In this document: positions 8,983 to 18,312 of the stretch, one piece after another | Layout: each line of letters begins with the position of its first letter | Position numbering within the stretch: position 1 is the stretch's first letter | DNA from: an uncultured Lachnospiraceae bacterium | GTDB lineage: Bacteria > Bacillota > Clostridia > Lachnospirales > Lachnospiraceae | Reading direction: 5' to 3' | DNA: 64,000 nt | Assembly: GCA_900316665.1 (NCBI GenBank) | Contig: ONDV01000006.1 | Span: 8,705 to 72,704, forward strand | Notes under the pieces: model-generated | The model's input: only the letters and a program-made list of their open reading frames with translations | The model's database searches: none | Told to the model about the DNA's origin: nothing | Translations under genes and position numbers: made by a program

Positions 8983-10851
8983 ATGCCTGAAGACAGGAAA
9001 GATTATATCATCGAAAACTGGAACAGAATACTGGGATGGCTTCCTGTGAGAGCAGGCGATAAGGTTCTCATTCTGGCAGATTCTGACCTCCCGTTGAAGA
9101 TTACTTTTTGTACCGGAATCACTGTGGATGTGTTGAAAAGGGAGTCGTTTGATAAGTACACCGGAAAATATGATTTCATTATTTTTTCAGATGTATCTTC
9201 CATGACGCTTTCTGAGCTGGATAAAAGTCTGTCTATTGCTAAGAATTATTTGAATTTTTCAGGGAGAGTATGTCTGGTTTCGCGGAATCGATTGTCATAC
9301 AGAAATCTGATTGGAATGAGAATACCTGAAGAAAAGGGTTATGTCATACCCAGAAAGAATATCGATGACAGAATACCTTTTACCAGAAAAGAACTGGTTA
9401 GTGCTGCAAGAAAATATTTTCATACTTCGTTTTTTTATCCGGCTCCTTTTTTCAATATGGTAACAGATATATATAGTGACAGATCGTTACCTGAAAAAAC
9501 GGGTTATTTCGAGGATTCCTTTTATTATGGGTATGACAGAACCTATATCCATCACGATTATGATATATATAATGCAGTGATTGACGAGGGGCTGTATACG
9601 GAACTGGCTGATGCTTTTATTCTTATTTGTGCAAGAAGGCATCCAGACAGGGGATTGCCTGACAGGGTGCACTATTCCATCAGGAGGAGCAATCAATTCA
9701 AAACGATTACACTAATCAGCAGGAAGTTTGTAGAAAAAATACCGTTTTCGAACGATGCACGCAGTCATATTGATAATATGAGGACGGTCTATAAAAGATT
9801 AACCGAAAACAGAGCGAATCTAACGATAAGGTGGAACCGTATTCTAAAAGAGAATAACGGCAGAATTAAATTTGAATACAGGAGCGGGAAGACTCTGGAA
9901 GAGCTGCTTGATGAGAAGCTCCTCTTGAATGATATTGACGGGATTGAATCTGAGATAAAAAGATATTTTGATATGTTCAAGGTGTATTCTGTTGGGAAGA
10001 AATTCACTCTCTCGGAGAAATTTAATAATGTTTTCGGGGTGCTGGATGAAGTTGAGTTAAAACTTTTATCCGGTAAAGAAATTTTGGAAATTACGGACAT
10101 AGACTGCATATTCGGAAATGTGCTGACAAATGGCTCAGAAGATACATTTGAAATAGTAGACTATGAGTGGTCTTTTTATTTCCCGATACCCTGGGATTAT
10201 GTCATGTGGAGATGCATCCATTATTATCTGAATTTCAAAGAAGTCAGGAAGAAAATGCTGGGGAATAGACTCTACAGCTTCTTTAAGATAGGCGATGCTG
10301 AAAGATCAGTATATGAAAAGATGGAAAAACACTTTCAGGAATATGTGGCAGGTACAGATGGAACCTACCGGGAGTCATTGAAAGATCGGGGAAGTGTACT
10401 AAGTACAGAACGGCTGCTTATGAACTGGCGAAATCTGGTGCAGGCTGATGGAGTAAAGATTTATTATGACAGAGGAGCAGGTTTCTCCGAGGCGGACAGC
10501 TTGAAAGTGATTCCTGAAAAAATAGATGAAAACATGTGGAAAGTGATAATAGAAGTGCCTGAAGATGTTCAGACTTTAAGGTTTGATCCATCTGAACGAA
10601 TTGGAAAGTTCTATTTATATGGTATTCAAACGAAAAATTCAAAGTTATTAGACTATGAATTTATAAACATGGAAGAAAGGAGTGAAGATAAGGAAGTAAG
10701 AATATTTGATATTATAAACAATGATCCGCAGATTCTTATCAAAAATGCTGCAGGACAAAGACTTGAGATCATTTTTAGAATATCGATTGGACTTCGTCTT
10801 CAATATGACACAGATCCTATGGAGACGCTTAATGATATAGACATATTCTAA
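8983..10851 (+). CDS. Multidomain protein: degenerate class I methyltransferase-like N-terminus, APH/choline-kinase-like domain, C-terminal LRFDP module
   Basis: FEYRSGKTL, DCIFGN (D-x4-N) and VDYEW kinase-like motifs; lies immediately after wzt. Confidence 0.6.
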   Translation: MPEDRKDYIIENWNRILGWLPVRAGDKVLILADSDLPLKITFCTGITVDVLKRESFDKYTGKYDFIIFSDVSSMTLSELDKSLSIAKNYLNFSGRVCLVSRNRLSYRNLIGMRIPEEKGYVIPRKNIDDRIPFTRKELVSAARKYFHTSFFYPAPFFNMVTDIYSDRSLPEKTGYFEDSFYYGYDRTYIHHDYDIYNAVIDEGLYTELADAFILICARRHPDRGLPDRVHYSIRRSNQFKTITLISRKFVEKIPFSNDARSHIDNMRTVYKRLTENRANLTIRWNRILKENNGRIKFEYRSGKTLEELLDEKLLLNDIDGIESEIKRYFDMFKVYSVGKKFTLSEKFNNVFGVLDEVELKLLSGKEILEITDIDCIFGNVLTNGSEDTFEIVDYEWSFYFPIPWDYVMWRCIHYYLNFKEVRKKMLGNRLYSFFKIGDAERSVYEKMEKHFQEYVAGTDGTYRESLKDRGSVLSTERLLMNWRNLVQADGVKIYYDRGAGFSEADSLKVIPEKIDENMWKVIIEVPEDVQTLRFDPSERIGKFYLYGIQTKNSKLLDYEFINMEERSEDKEVRIFDIINNDPQILIKNAAGQRLEIIFRISIGLRLQYDTDPMETLNDIDIF

Positions 10852-10886
10852 AAATATATGAATACCACTAAAAATATATGAATACC
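10848..10886. repeat. Tandem direct repeat CTAAAAATATATGAATACC x2 (period 20)
   Basis: Exact copies at 10848-10866 and 10868-10886, spanning a stop codon and the next start codon. Confidence 0.9.
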
Positions 10887-13772
10887 CCCAATATTTTAAA
10901 AAGACACCTAAAGCGTGCTTTCGATATCCTGCTTCATCAGGGACCAAAGGCATTCTTAGGAAAAGTAAAGCTGAAAATAAAGGAATCGAAGCGTATCGAA
11001 TTGCCGAGACGGACTGAAGAGGAGAGGATTCCTTTCCATTCGTCTTCTGGTGAGCCGGAGTGCGACATGACGCTGGCAGTGCATATTCACCTTTTCTATG
11101 ATGATCTGGCGGACGAATTTATTTCTGCGCTCAAAAATATTCCGATAAGGTTCGATCTATTTATTTCTGTGAGAGAGGCAATAACGGATGACAGGCTTTC
11201 AGAGCTTTCCCGGCTTTTCAAGTCATGCTGCGACGGGCAGGTGACTATAGAGAGGGCGCCGAACCGGGGACGTGATATTGCGCCTATGTTTTCTCAGTTT
11301 GCAGCCCGGTTGATGAGATATGATCTGGTTCTTCATATGCATTCGAAGAAATCGCTTTATACCGGGACCGAGCAGAAGGACTGGAGGACATATTCTGTAG
11401 ATGCCCTGATCGGCAGCAGGGAGAGGGCGGCTGATCTCTTAAGCCTTATTATTGAGAGAAAAGACATAGGTATAGTCTACCCAAAGCGCTTTTCCGGCAT
11501 GGCGCCGGAAGCTTACGGATGGCTGTCAAATGAAAAGAAGGGCAGAGATTTTCTTGAGTCAATGGGGATCCCTTTCTCCGGCGGCATCTTTTTGTACCCG
11601 GCAGGAAGTTTCTATCTCGTGAGAAATGATGCCATCAGGCAGATCTGGAACAGGAGACTAAATCTTAACGACTTTGACGAGGAGATGGGACAGACTGACG
11701 GGACGCTTGCGCACGTTATTGAGAGAGCTGTCTCTATAGTATCGAGATACAATGGTTACTGTGATGCCATAATCGATATGGATGACAAGAGTTTCCATAT
11801 CGGTTCGGATATCGATACTTTTTCCCCTGTACTGGCGCGTGGCTATGATCATGTTTTTACAGATCTTGCGTCATATGACATAGTAAGCTTTGATATGTTT
11901 GATACCCTGGTCACGAGGAAGATCAAAGATGCAGGAGAACTCTTTTCCTATATTCCTTTAGCCGCATCAGGACTCCTTGATGGTACCCTGCTGTCAGATT
12001 GTGTTTTGAATACTGCCTGCGATGATTCAATTCCCGGTCAGGCAGGGACAATAAAGGATATTGCCGGTCTATATGGTATAAATATTGATGAAAGCATCAC
12101 GGACGAAACGCATGCCGGGATAAAGAAAATCATTTCACTTGGCAGAAAGGCTTTCAGAGACATAAGGATTTCAGCTGAGCTTGATGCCATAGACAGATAC
12201 GGCGACAGGGCAGATATATATAAGATATATGAATGCATGAGAAAATATCTGAAGCCGGATGGCGAATCGGAGAAGATCCTTCTGACGGCTGAATTATGGC
12301 TTGAGGAGGAGTGTATCATTCCGAGAAGGGAGATGTGCGATCTTTTAAACCGGCTTATTGATAATGGTTCTCATGTAATCATCACAACCGATATGTATCT
12401 GCCGGAAGATTTCATAAAGCGAATTCTAAATAAATTTAACATACGATATGAGCACTTGTATCTCTCATGCGCTGAAGGAAAAAGGAAGGATGACGGCAGT
12501 ATGTGGGATATGCTGCTTGAGAAATATAAGGGCAGGACATTTGCTCATACAGGTGATAACCAGCAGTCTGACTGGCAGACTCTTTCTGACAGAGGAGAAA
12601 AGACTGTATGGATCATGAGCCCCGGCACTGAAAAAAGGATTAACGGTTTTGATGCAGGCGCCGGTGCGGGTACTTTTTCGGAAGAGCTGATGGTGCAGGG
12701 AGGTTTATTTAATTCGCCTTTTTCAATATGCCCTGATGGAGCCATACATATAAGAAGCACGTTTGACATGGGTTACTCCATATTTGGACCGCTGATCTAT
12801 GAATATATGAAGTGGCTTCACGGTATCGAAGGCGATCAGATCCTCTTCCTTGCAAGAGAGGGATGGATATTTAAAAAGATATACGAGATCATATACGGAT
12901 CAAGTGATAGAAATATTTATCTCCTGGCATCCCGAAGGGCAGTGTCAGTAGCGGCTATAAGGTCGATGGCTGATGTGGAGGAGATACTGGGAAGAGCATA
13001 TGACGGCTCGCTTCATAATATTCTTGATTCCAGACTCGGTATGCCGGGCAATATGATAAAGAACTTTAAAGACAGGCAGATACATATCGAGGATGGCGGT
13101 ATTGGCTCTGACTACCGGAATATAATAAATGACCTAAAGCCCTTCGAGGAAGAGATCCTCGAATATGCCGGGAAGGAAAGGAAAAATTATCTTGCTTATC
13201 TCGATGGGATAGGCATATCTGATGGAGATGTGATGGCAGACATCGGCTACTCCGGTACGATCCAGTATTACATGACAAAGCTTCTCGGTCATCCTACCCG
13301 CGGAGCATATCTTGCGGTCTTTAAGGGAAATAAAAAGCTCCTCGCTCTGGGGTCTGAAGTACATGCCATGTATATGGGCGGCAGGGATGATTTTTCCGAT
13401 GTGATAAAGGATACCCAGCTCTATCTGGAGAGCGTATTAAAGGCTCCTTACGGCCAGCTGCTCTGCTTCAATGATGACGGAGAACCTGTATATAAGGATG
13501 AGGCTCCTATGTCGATAGAAACTTCTGAGATCCAGGAGGGTATGATACGCTACGCCATGGACAGGTCGTCATCGGAAAAAATCATGGCAATGGATAATGG
13601 CTCACTGGACGATGAAGCTGACAGAAAGTTTATGGAGAGAGCCTACAGATACCTCCTTATTGATCACGATGTAATCGATCATGACCTGTCATCTGTCTTC
13701 TCCGTAGAGGACAGTTACAGTCAGGATACGAGGCTCCATCTGGATCCGTCTACCGGGAGGTGGGTGATATGA
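10878..13772 (+). CDS. RgpF (rhamnan synthesis F)-like domain fused to HAD phosphatase and PRTase-like domain (putative ribofuranosyltransferase module)
   Basis: VHIHLFY, NRGRDIAP, HSKKS, FYPAGSF, HVIER (RgpF); FDMFDTL, TTDMYL, HTGDN (HAD); FLAREG, ASRR, DIGYSGTIQ (PRTase-like). Confidence 0.75.
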   Translation: MNTPNILKRHLKRAFDILLHQGPKAFLGKVKLKIKESKRIELPRRTEEERIPFHSSSGEPECDMTLAVHIHLFYDDLADEFISALKNIPIRFDLFISVREAITDDRLSELSRLFKSCCDGQVTIERAPNRGRDIAPMFSQFAARLMRYDLVLHMHSKKSLYTGTEQKDWRTYSVDALIGSRERAADLLSLIIERKDIGIVYPKRFSGMAPEAYGWLSNEKKGRDFLESMGIPFSGGIFLYPAGSFYLVRNDAIRQIWNRRLNLNDFDEEMGQTDGTLAHVIERAVSIVSRYNGYCDAIIDMDDKSFHIGSDIDTFSPVLARGYDHVFTDLASYDIVSFDMFDTLVTRKIKDAGELFSYIPLAASGLLDGTLLSDCVLNTACDDSIPGQAGTIKDIAGLYGINIDESITDETHAGIKKIISLGRKAFRDIRISAELDAIDRYGDRADIYKIYECMRKYLKPDGESEKILLTAELWLEEECIIPRREMCDLLNRLIDNGSHVIITTDMYLPEDFIKRILNKFNIRYEHLYLSCAEGKRKDDGSMWDMLLEKYKGRTFAHTGDNQQSDWQTLSDRGEKTVWIMSPGTEKRINGFDAGAGAGTFSEELMVQGGLFNSPFSICPDGAIHIRSTFDMGYSIFGPLIYEYMKWLHGIEGDQILFLAREGWIFKKIYEIIYGSSDRNIYLLASRRAVSVAAIRSMADVEEILGRAYDGSLHNILDSRLGMPGNMIKNFKDRQIHIEDGGIGSDYRNIINDLKPFEEEILEYAGKERKNYLAYLDGIGISDGDVMADIGYSGTIQYYMTKLLGHPTRGAYLAVFKGNKKLLALGSEVHAMYMGGRDDFSDVIKDTQLYLESVLKAPYGQLLCFNDDGEPVYKDEAPMSIETSEIQEGMIRYAMDRSSSEKIMAMDNGSLDDEADRKFMERAYRYLLIDHDVIDHDLSSVFSVEDSYSQDTRLHLDPSTGRWVI

Positions 13773-14896
13773 CATCCTTATCAGTAATCATTCCTGCACA
13801 CAATGCAGAGGATACCTTGCCTGATCTCATAAAAGCCATAGAGAGTCAGACGGTAAAGCCAGACGAAGTAATAATAATAGATGACTGTTCTTCAGATAAG
13901 ACCTGTGAATACCTGAGCGGTCTTTCTGATCCTCTCTATCATATAATAAAGAATGATAGAAATATCGGCGCTGCAGCATCAAGAAATCTAGGCATCAGGG
14001 AGGCACAAGGAAAATATATAGTCTTTCTGGATGCGGATGATATTATAGAACCGGATCTTTTTGAGAAAGTATCTGAAGCGGCAATAAGTGATCCTGACAT
14101 CATAGTATGGTCAGTATCTGAGGAATATATAAACCGGGATAAGAAAACGGTCTATGTAAGGAAACATGAATGCGGCTGTGAATTTGCCGGAAAGCTGATA
14201 TCGCCGGGAGATGAATATGCTGCTTTAATAAGAGACCTCGAAAAGGCGACCATATTCGGATATCCATGGAACAAGGCTTATAAGAAAGATCTCCTGACCG
14301 GAAAGAAAATAGAATTTCCTCCGCTCGACTTTGCAGAGGATTTTTTCTTCAATGCCGATGCATTCTCGGCAGCCTATGGTGTCATCTGTCTCACCGATAC
14401 GCTCTATCATTATATAAACAGGGCGGATCAGGGCAGACTTACTGAAAGATATGTGCCTGATTATTTTCAGATACAAAAAGACAGATTCAAAAAATTCCTG
14501 TCCCTTCAGGCGGAATTGATGGGTCTTATCGGTAATGATTCTTATTTAGATATTGATGCTTCCGGTTTACCGGATGAGAAAGCTGCCGGATGGCGAGAGG
14601 CTCTGGAGATAGCGTCAGGTAGGTATTTCAGATCTTTTTCATCTATGATTGGAAGGGAACTGGAGCATGGAACTGACAGGAAGACTATAATTGAAAAGAC
14701 TAAAGACGAGATGAAAGAGAGTGAACTCTACCGGCTGCTAAGAATTCATTTGGGCGACTTCGGCATGGCGGGGAGGTATCTCTATCAGCCTCTCGTAAAG
14801 GGAAATGCTTTTGCTGCCGTAAACCATGCCTCTTTACTCATTAAAATAAGGCGGCTCTGCCCCGGACTTTTTGCGAGAATGAAACAGAATCGGTGA
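13769..14896 (+). CDS. Glycosyltransferase family 2
   Basis: SVIIPAHN, IDDCSSD, ASRNLG, FLDADD, WNKAYK, AEDFFF; start taken at ATG 13769 (GGAGG RBS, ATGA overlap). Confidence 0.9.
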   Translation: MTSLSVIIPAHNAEDTLPDLIKAIESQTVKPDEVIIIDDCSSDKTCEYLSGLSDPLYHIIKNDRNIGAAASRNLGIREAQGKYIVFLDADDIIEPDLFEKVSEAAISDPDIIVWSVSEEYINRDKKTVYVRKHECGCEFAGKLISPGDEYAALIRDLEKATIFGYPWNKAYKKDLLTGKKIEFPPLDFAEDFFFNADAFSAAYGVICLTDTLYHYINRADQGRLTERYVPDYFQIQKDRFKKFLSLQAELMGLIGNDSYLDIDASGLPDEKAAGWREALEIASGRYFRSFSSMIGRELEHGTDRKTIIEKTKDEMKESELYRLLRIHLGDFGMAGRYLYQPLVKGNAFAAVNHASLLIKIRRLCPGLFARMKQNR

Positions 14897-14899
14897 TCT

Positions 14900-15811
14900 A
14901 TGAAGACTACGGTTATTACGCCTTTTTTCAGAGGCAATGAATATATGATTGACTATGTCAGGATGATAGAAGAAAATGCTTCTTCGCTTGACAGAGACGC
15001 AGGCGAGGATTTAGATGTCATTATCGTAAACGACAGTCCCGGATATGAAGTGGATCTGTCATCTTACCGTGATAAGTCAGTCAGTATAAGGGTAATAAAT
15101 AATGAGAAAAATCTTGGAATACACGGTTCCAGAGTCAGAGGTCTCACAGCAGCTGATGGGGACTATGTGATTTTTCTGGATCAGGATGATATCTTAAAAA
15201 GTGACGCTGTCCATCTTTTTGAGAAGGTTGCGAAAGAGAAAAGGAATACGGTAATCGTGTCAAATGCCATTCTGGAGCAGGATGGCTGGAAAGGCATGTG
15301 GTGCAGGACTGCCTACCAGGCATCTCTTGTAGGGGATCTAGATACTTATCTTTTGGTCGGAACTCAGATAGTATCGCCAGGTCAGTGCCTGATTCCAAGA
15401 GATATGATACCGGAGGCATGGAAGAAGAATTTCTTAAAAAGAAACGGAGCGGATGATTATTTTCTCTGGATCCTTATGCTGGAGTCCGGAGTAAGTTTTA
15501 CATACCTTGACGAGTCGCTCTATACTCACAGATTTACGGATAAAAATATCTCGGCTGATACTGAGAAGACGGACGCTTCCGTTTATGAATTTGCCGAGAT
15601 CCTCGCAGCTGATGAGAAGACTTCTTTTGACAGGGAGAAGATTAAAAAAGACATGAAGACGCTTCGCAATATGATATCCATGAAGGCGTCATGGAGGAAA
15701 TCCGGACCCGGAGGAAAAATTCTGACAGGATTCCGGCATCCCATGATTCTTCTTTCAAATATAAATTACAAGATCCGGACGAAGACGCCGCCGGGATTCA
15801 ATCGGCAGTGA
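14900..15811 (+). CDS. Glycosyltransferase family 2
   Basis: VITPFF, VNDSP, FLDQDD, GADDY motifs. Confidence 0.88.
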   Translation: MKTTVITPFFRGNEYMIDYVRMIEENASSLDRDAGEDLDVIIVNDSPGYEVDLSSYRDKSVSIRVINNEKNLGIHGSRVRGLTAADGDYVIFLDQDDILKSDAVHLFEKVAKEKRNTVIVSNAILEQDGWKGMWCRTAYQASLVGDLDTYLLVGTQIVSPGQCLIPRDMIPEAWKKNFLKRNGADDYFLWILMLESGVSFTYLDESLYTHRFTDKNISADTEKTDASVYEFAEILAADEKTSFDREKIKKDMKTLRNMISMKASWRKSGPGGKILTGFRHPMILLSNINYKIRTKTPPGFNRQ

Positions 15812-15925
15812 AAACTCATGACTTTTCATTTGCAGATTTTCAAGCAATTAGCTAATGACTTTCTGCCAAAGAAAAAATATACTCGCATACTGCCACTTTT
15901 ACGGCTGCAGGGGAAAAAGCATAAA

Positions 15926-16732
15926 TTAAAATGATTTATCGTATTTCTTCCCGAAAAGTTTTGCGGCGAGAAAAGACCGGATCTTTAATCCCCAGTTAAC
16001 AGGCTCGGGAGAAAAGACTCCTATCTCTCTGACAGTGATCCCGGAGGCTTTCTCGTGATAAAGCCATACATTGAAGAGAATCTCGCTGACCCTTCCGAAA
16101 AGCCGCTTTTCAAAGCTGCTGAGTCCTGTGAGGTCGATTTTATCTTCCATATCAAGGAGAATCGGAAAGAGCCAGGATGCGTATTTATCCAGTGTAGATC
16201 TGTCAGTGATGAACATGTTCCACATATATCCCCAGGTCCTTTTTGTGGCTGTATCAAAGGAAGCAAGATATTCAGGACAGGTATCTTTTATTATCTCTCT
16301 TGCCAAATCAAGATGTGATCCGTCAAGCGTATGAGAGTAGTGCGAATAGAGAGTTTCTATTACATACCGCCTCTTTTTTGGAACGATAATAAATGGCTTA
16401 TTGCATCCTTCTATGATGGACGAAAGCTCATCAGATGTGAGGACGGATTCGGTCCAGGGATGTTTTTTTCGGAAGGAGGCGCTTTTCACGGTGAAATATC
16501 TCCGGTAGTGCACAAGTCCCTGATAATCGGATGTCCCGTTTCGCCAGAGCCAGTATAAGCCGGTAAGTTCGCAGTAGAGCGGGTTCTTTTCGGATATGGA
16601 ATCCCCGCTGTCGTCTCCCTGATATCCCTTGATAGGATCATGAAGAGCAGCTCCAACCTGAAGAGGCAGATAGCTGCTGTCTGACGGCATTTTATAGGGC
16701 TTGTGTGTGCAGACTATAATTGTTGTATTCAT
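15926..16732 (-). CDS. DUF4422 family glycosyltransferase (galactofuranosyltransferase-like)
   Basis: IVCTHK, PLQVGAA, DDSGDSISEKNPLYCELTGLYW, GLVHYRRYF, NMFI, SERxFNVWL-type motifs. Confidence 0.85.
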   Translation of the reverse strand: MNTTIIVCTHKPYKMPSDSSYLPLQVGAALHDPIKGYQGDDSGDSISEKNPLYCELTGLYWLWRNGTSDYQGLVHYRRYFTVKSASFRKKHPWTESVLTSDELSSIIEGCNKPFIIVPKKRRYVIETLYSHYSHTLDGSHLDLAREIIKDTCPEYLASFDTATKRTWGYMWNMFITDRSTLDKYASWLFPILLDMEDKIDLTGLSSFEKRLFGRVSEILFNVWLYHEKASGITVREIGVFSPEPVNWGLKIRSFLAAKLFGKKYDKSF

Positions 16733-16770
16733 TTATTTGTCCTGTGTAAGCAATGGTTTATACTGATAAA

Positions 16771-16799
16771 ACTCTATATTAATGCAAGAATAATGTCAA
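16771..16799 (-). promoter_or_regulatory. Sigma-A type promoter for the DUF4422 gene
   Basis: Minus strand reads TTGACA-17 nt-TAGAGT, ending ~40 nt upstream of the start at 16732. Confidence 0.55.
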
Positions 16800-16887
16800 A
16801 GATTTCCCGGCTACATGAAATCTTCACATCATTGTGTTAATATATTGCCTTGCATCAAAAGGGAAGACTGTATATTTGGAGGGCTAC

Positions 16888-18312
16888 ATGTACAGGTCTG
16901 AAAAAAAGAGCTGGATAAAACATCTGGATTTTACATTGCTGGATATCATAATGCAGCAGCTGGCACTTGTCTTGGCGTACAGCTGGAGATTCAATGCCTG
17001 GGATATAGACGGAGTATGGCTGTATTCAAGCTCGCTATATAAAAGGGTGGCGCTTATTGTCATACTTATAGATGTATGCGTCGTCTTCTTTACTGATTCC
17101 TATTCCGGGATCCTGAGGAGGAATAAGTTCGGGGAACTCAGATCCACGATCATTCATTGCAGTGTGATATTCGGGATTCTCATGGTATTTCTGGCCGCGA
17201 CGAAGCAGACCTTTCTCTATTCCAGAAAGACACTCTTTATGTACTTCATTCTGGCCATTATCCTGGAATACATAGAGAGAGTGTATCTGAAGCGCTATAT
17301 CAGATGGAGAAAGCTGAAAGACATAGACAAGGCGCAGATGATCGTGGTGACTGAAAGCGCTAAAGTAAAAAAATGCATTGATGATATAGCGACGGACAAA
17401 TATGCTGACTTCAAGGTGACGGGAGCAGTTGTTGTAGACAGGGACCTTATCGGAGAGTCCATAGACGGAGTTCCTGTGGTGGCTACCGCGGATACATTTC
17501 TTGACTATGTACGAAAGAACGTAGTGGATGAAGTGCTTATTGACGGCAATACGATTGCAAGTTCGGAGGCTCTGGCATCTGAACTTGTGGAACTTGGCGT
17601 GACAGTGCATATAGCTCTGGTCCATACCGGACAAATGATGCCGTCAAAGAAGATAGACAGTTACGGAGAATATGTGGTTCTCACCACCTCCATGCATATA
17701 GCAAGCACGAGACAGCTTTTCTTCAAGCGTTTTATGGATATTGTCGGATCGATAGTAGGTCTGATACTGACAGGCATCGCCTTTATTATCTTTGCGCCGA
17801 TCATAAAGCACCAGTCGCCGGGACCGGTCTTTTATTCCCAGATCAGAATCGGCAGAAACGGGCGGCGATTCAAGTTCTATAAATTCCGCTCCATGTATCC
17901 TGACGCCGACAAAAGATTAAGTGAGCTGATGGACAAAAACGAGATGCAGGGGCTGATGTTCAAGATGGATGATGATCCGAGAATCATTCCCATCGGACGT
18001 TTCATGAGAAAATATTCGATCGATGAGCTTCCGCAGTTCTTTAATGTTCTGAAGGGAGATATGTCGCTTGTGGGTACGAGACCGCCTACAGAAAATGAGT
18101 TTGAGAAATATAAATATCACCATAAGGCACGCCTGGCTTTCAGACCGGGACTTACTGGAATGTGGCAGGTAAGCGGACGGTCTGACATCACTGATTTTGA
18201 AGAAATAGTACGTCTGGATACGCAATATATTTCAAATTGGACGCCGTTACTCGATATCAAGATCCTATTCAAGACCATCGGCGTTGTCTTGTCCGGGAAA
18301 GGAAGTAAATGA
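16888..18312 (+). CDS. Priming polyprenyl glycosylphosphotransferase (bacterial sugar transferase)
   Basis: KRFMDI, KFRSM, DDPRI, DELPQFFNVLKGDMSLVGTRP, RPGLTGMWQVSGRS; ATG 16888 follows GGAGGG. Confidence 0.95.
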   Translation: MYRSEKKSWIKHLDFTLLDIIMQQLALVLAYSWRFNAWDIDGVWLYSSSLYKRVALIVILIDVCVVFFTDSYSGILRRNKFGELRSTIIHCSVIFGILMVFLAATKQTFLYSRKTLFMYFILAIILEYIERVYLKRYIRWRKLKDIDKAQMIVVTESAKVKKCIDDIATDKYADFKVTGAVVVDRDLIGESIDGVPVVATADTFLDYVRKNVVDEVLIDGNTIASSEALASELVELGVTVHIALVHTGQMMPSKKIDSYGEYVVLTTSMHIASTRQLFFKRFMDIVGSIVGLILTGIAFIIFAPIIKHQSPGPVFYSQIRIGRNGRRFKFYKFRSMYPDADKRLSELMDKNEMQGLMFKMDDDPRIIPIGRFMRKYSIDELPQFFNVLKGDMSLVGTRPPTENEFEKYKYHHKARLAFRPGLTGMWQVSGRSDITDFEEIVRLDTQYISNWTPLLDIKILFKTIGVVLSGKGSK

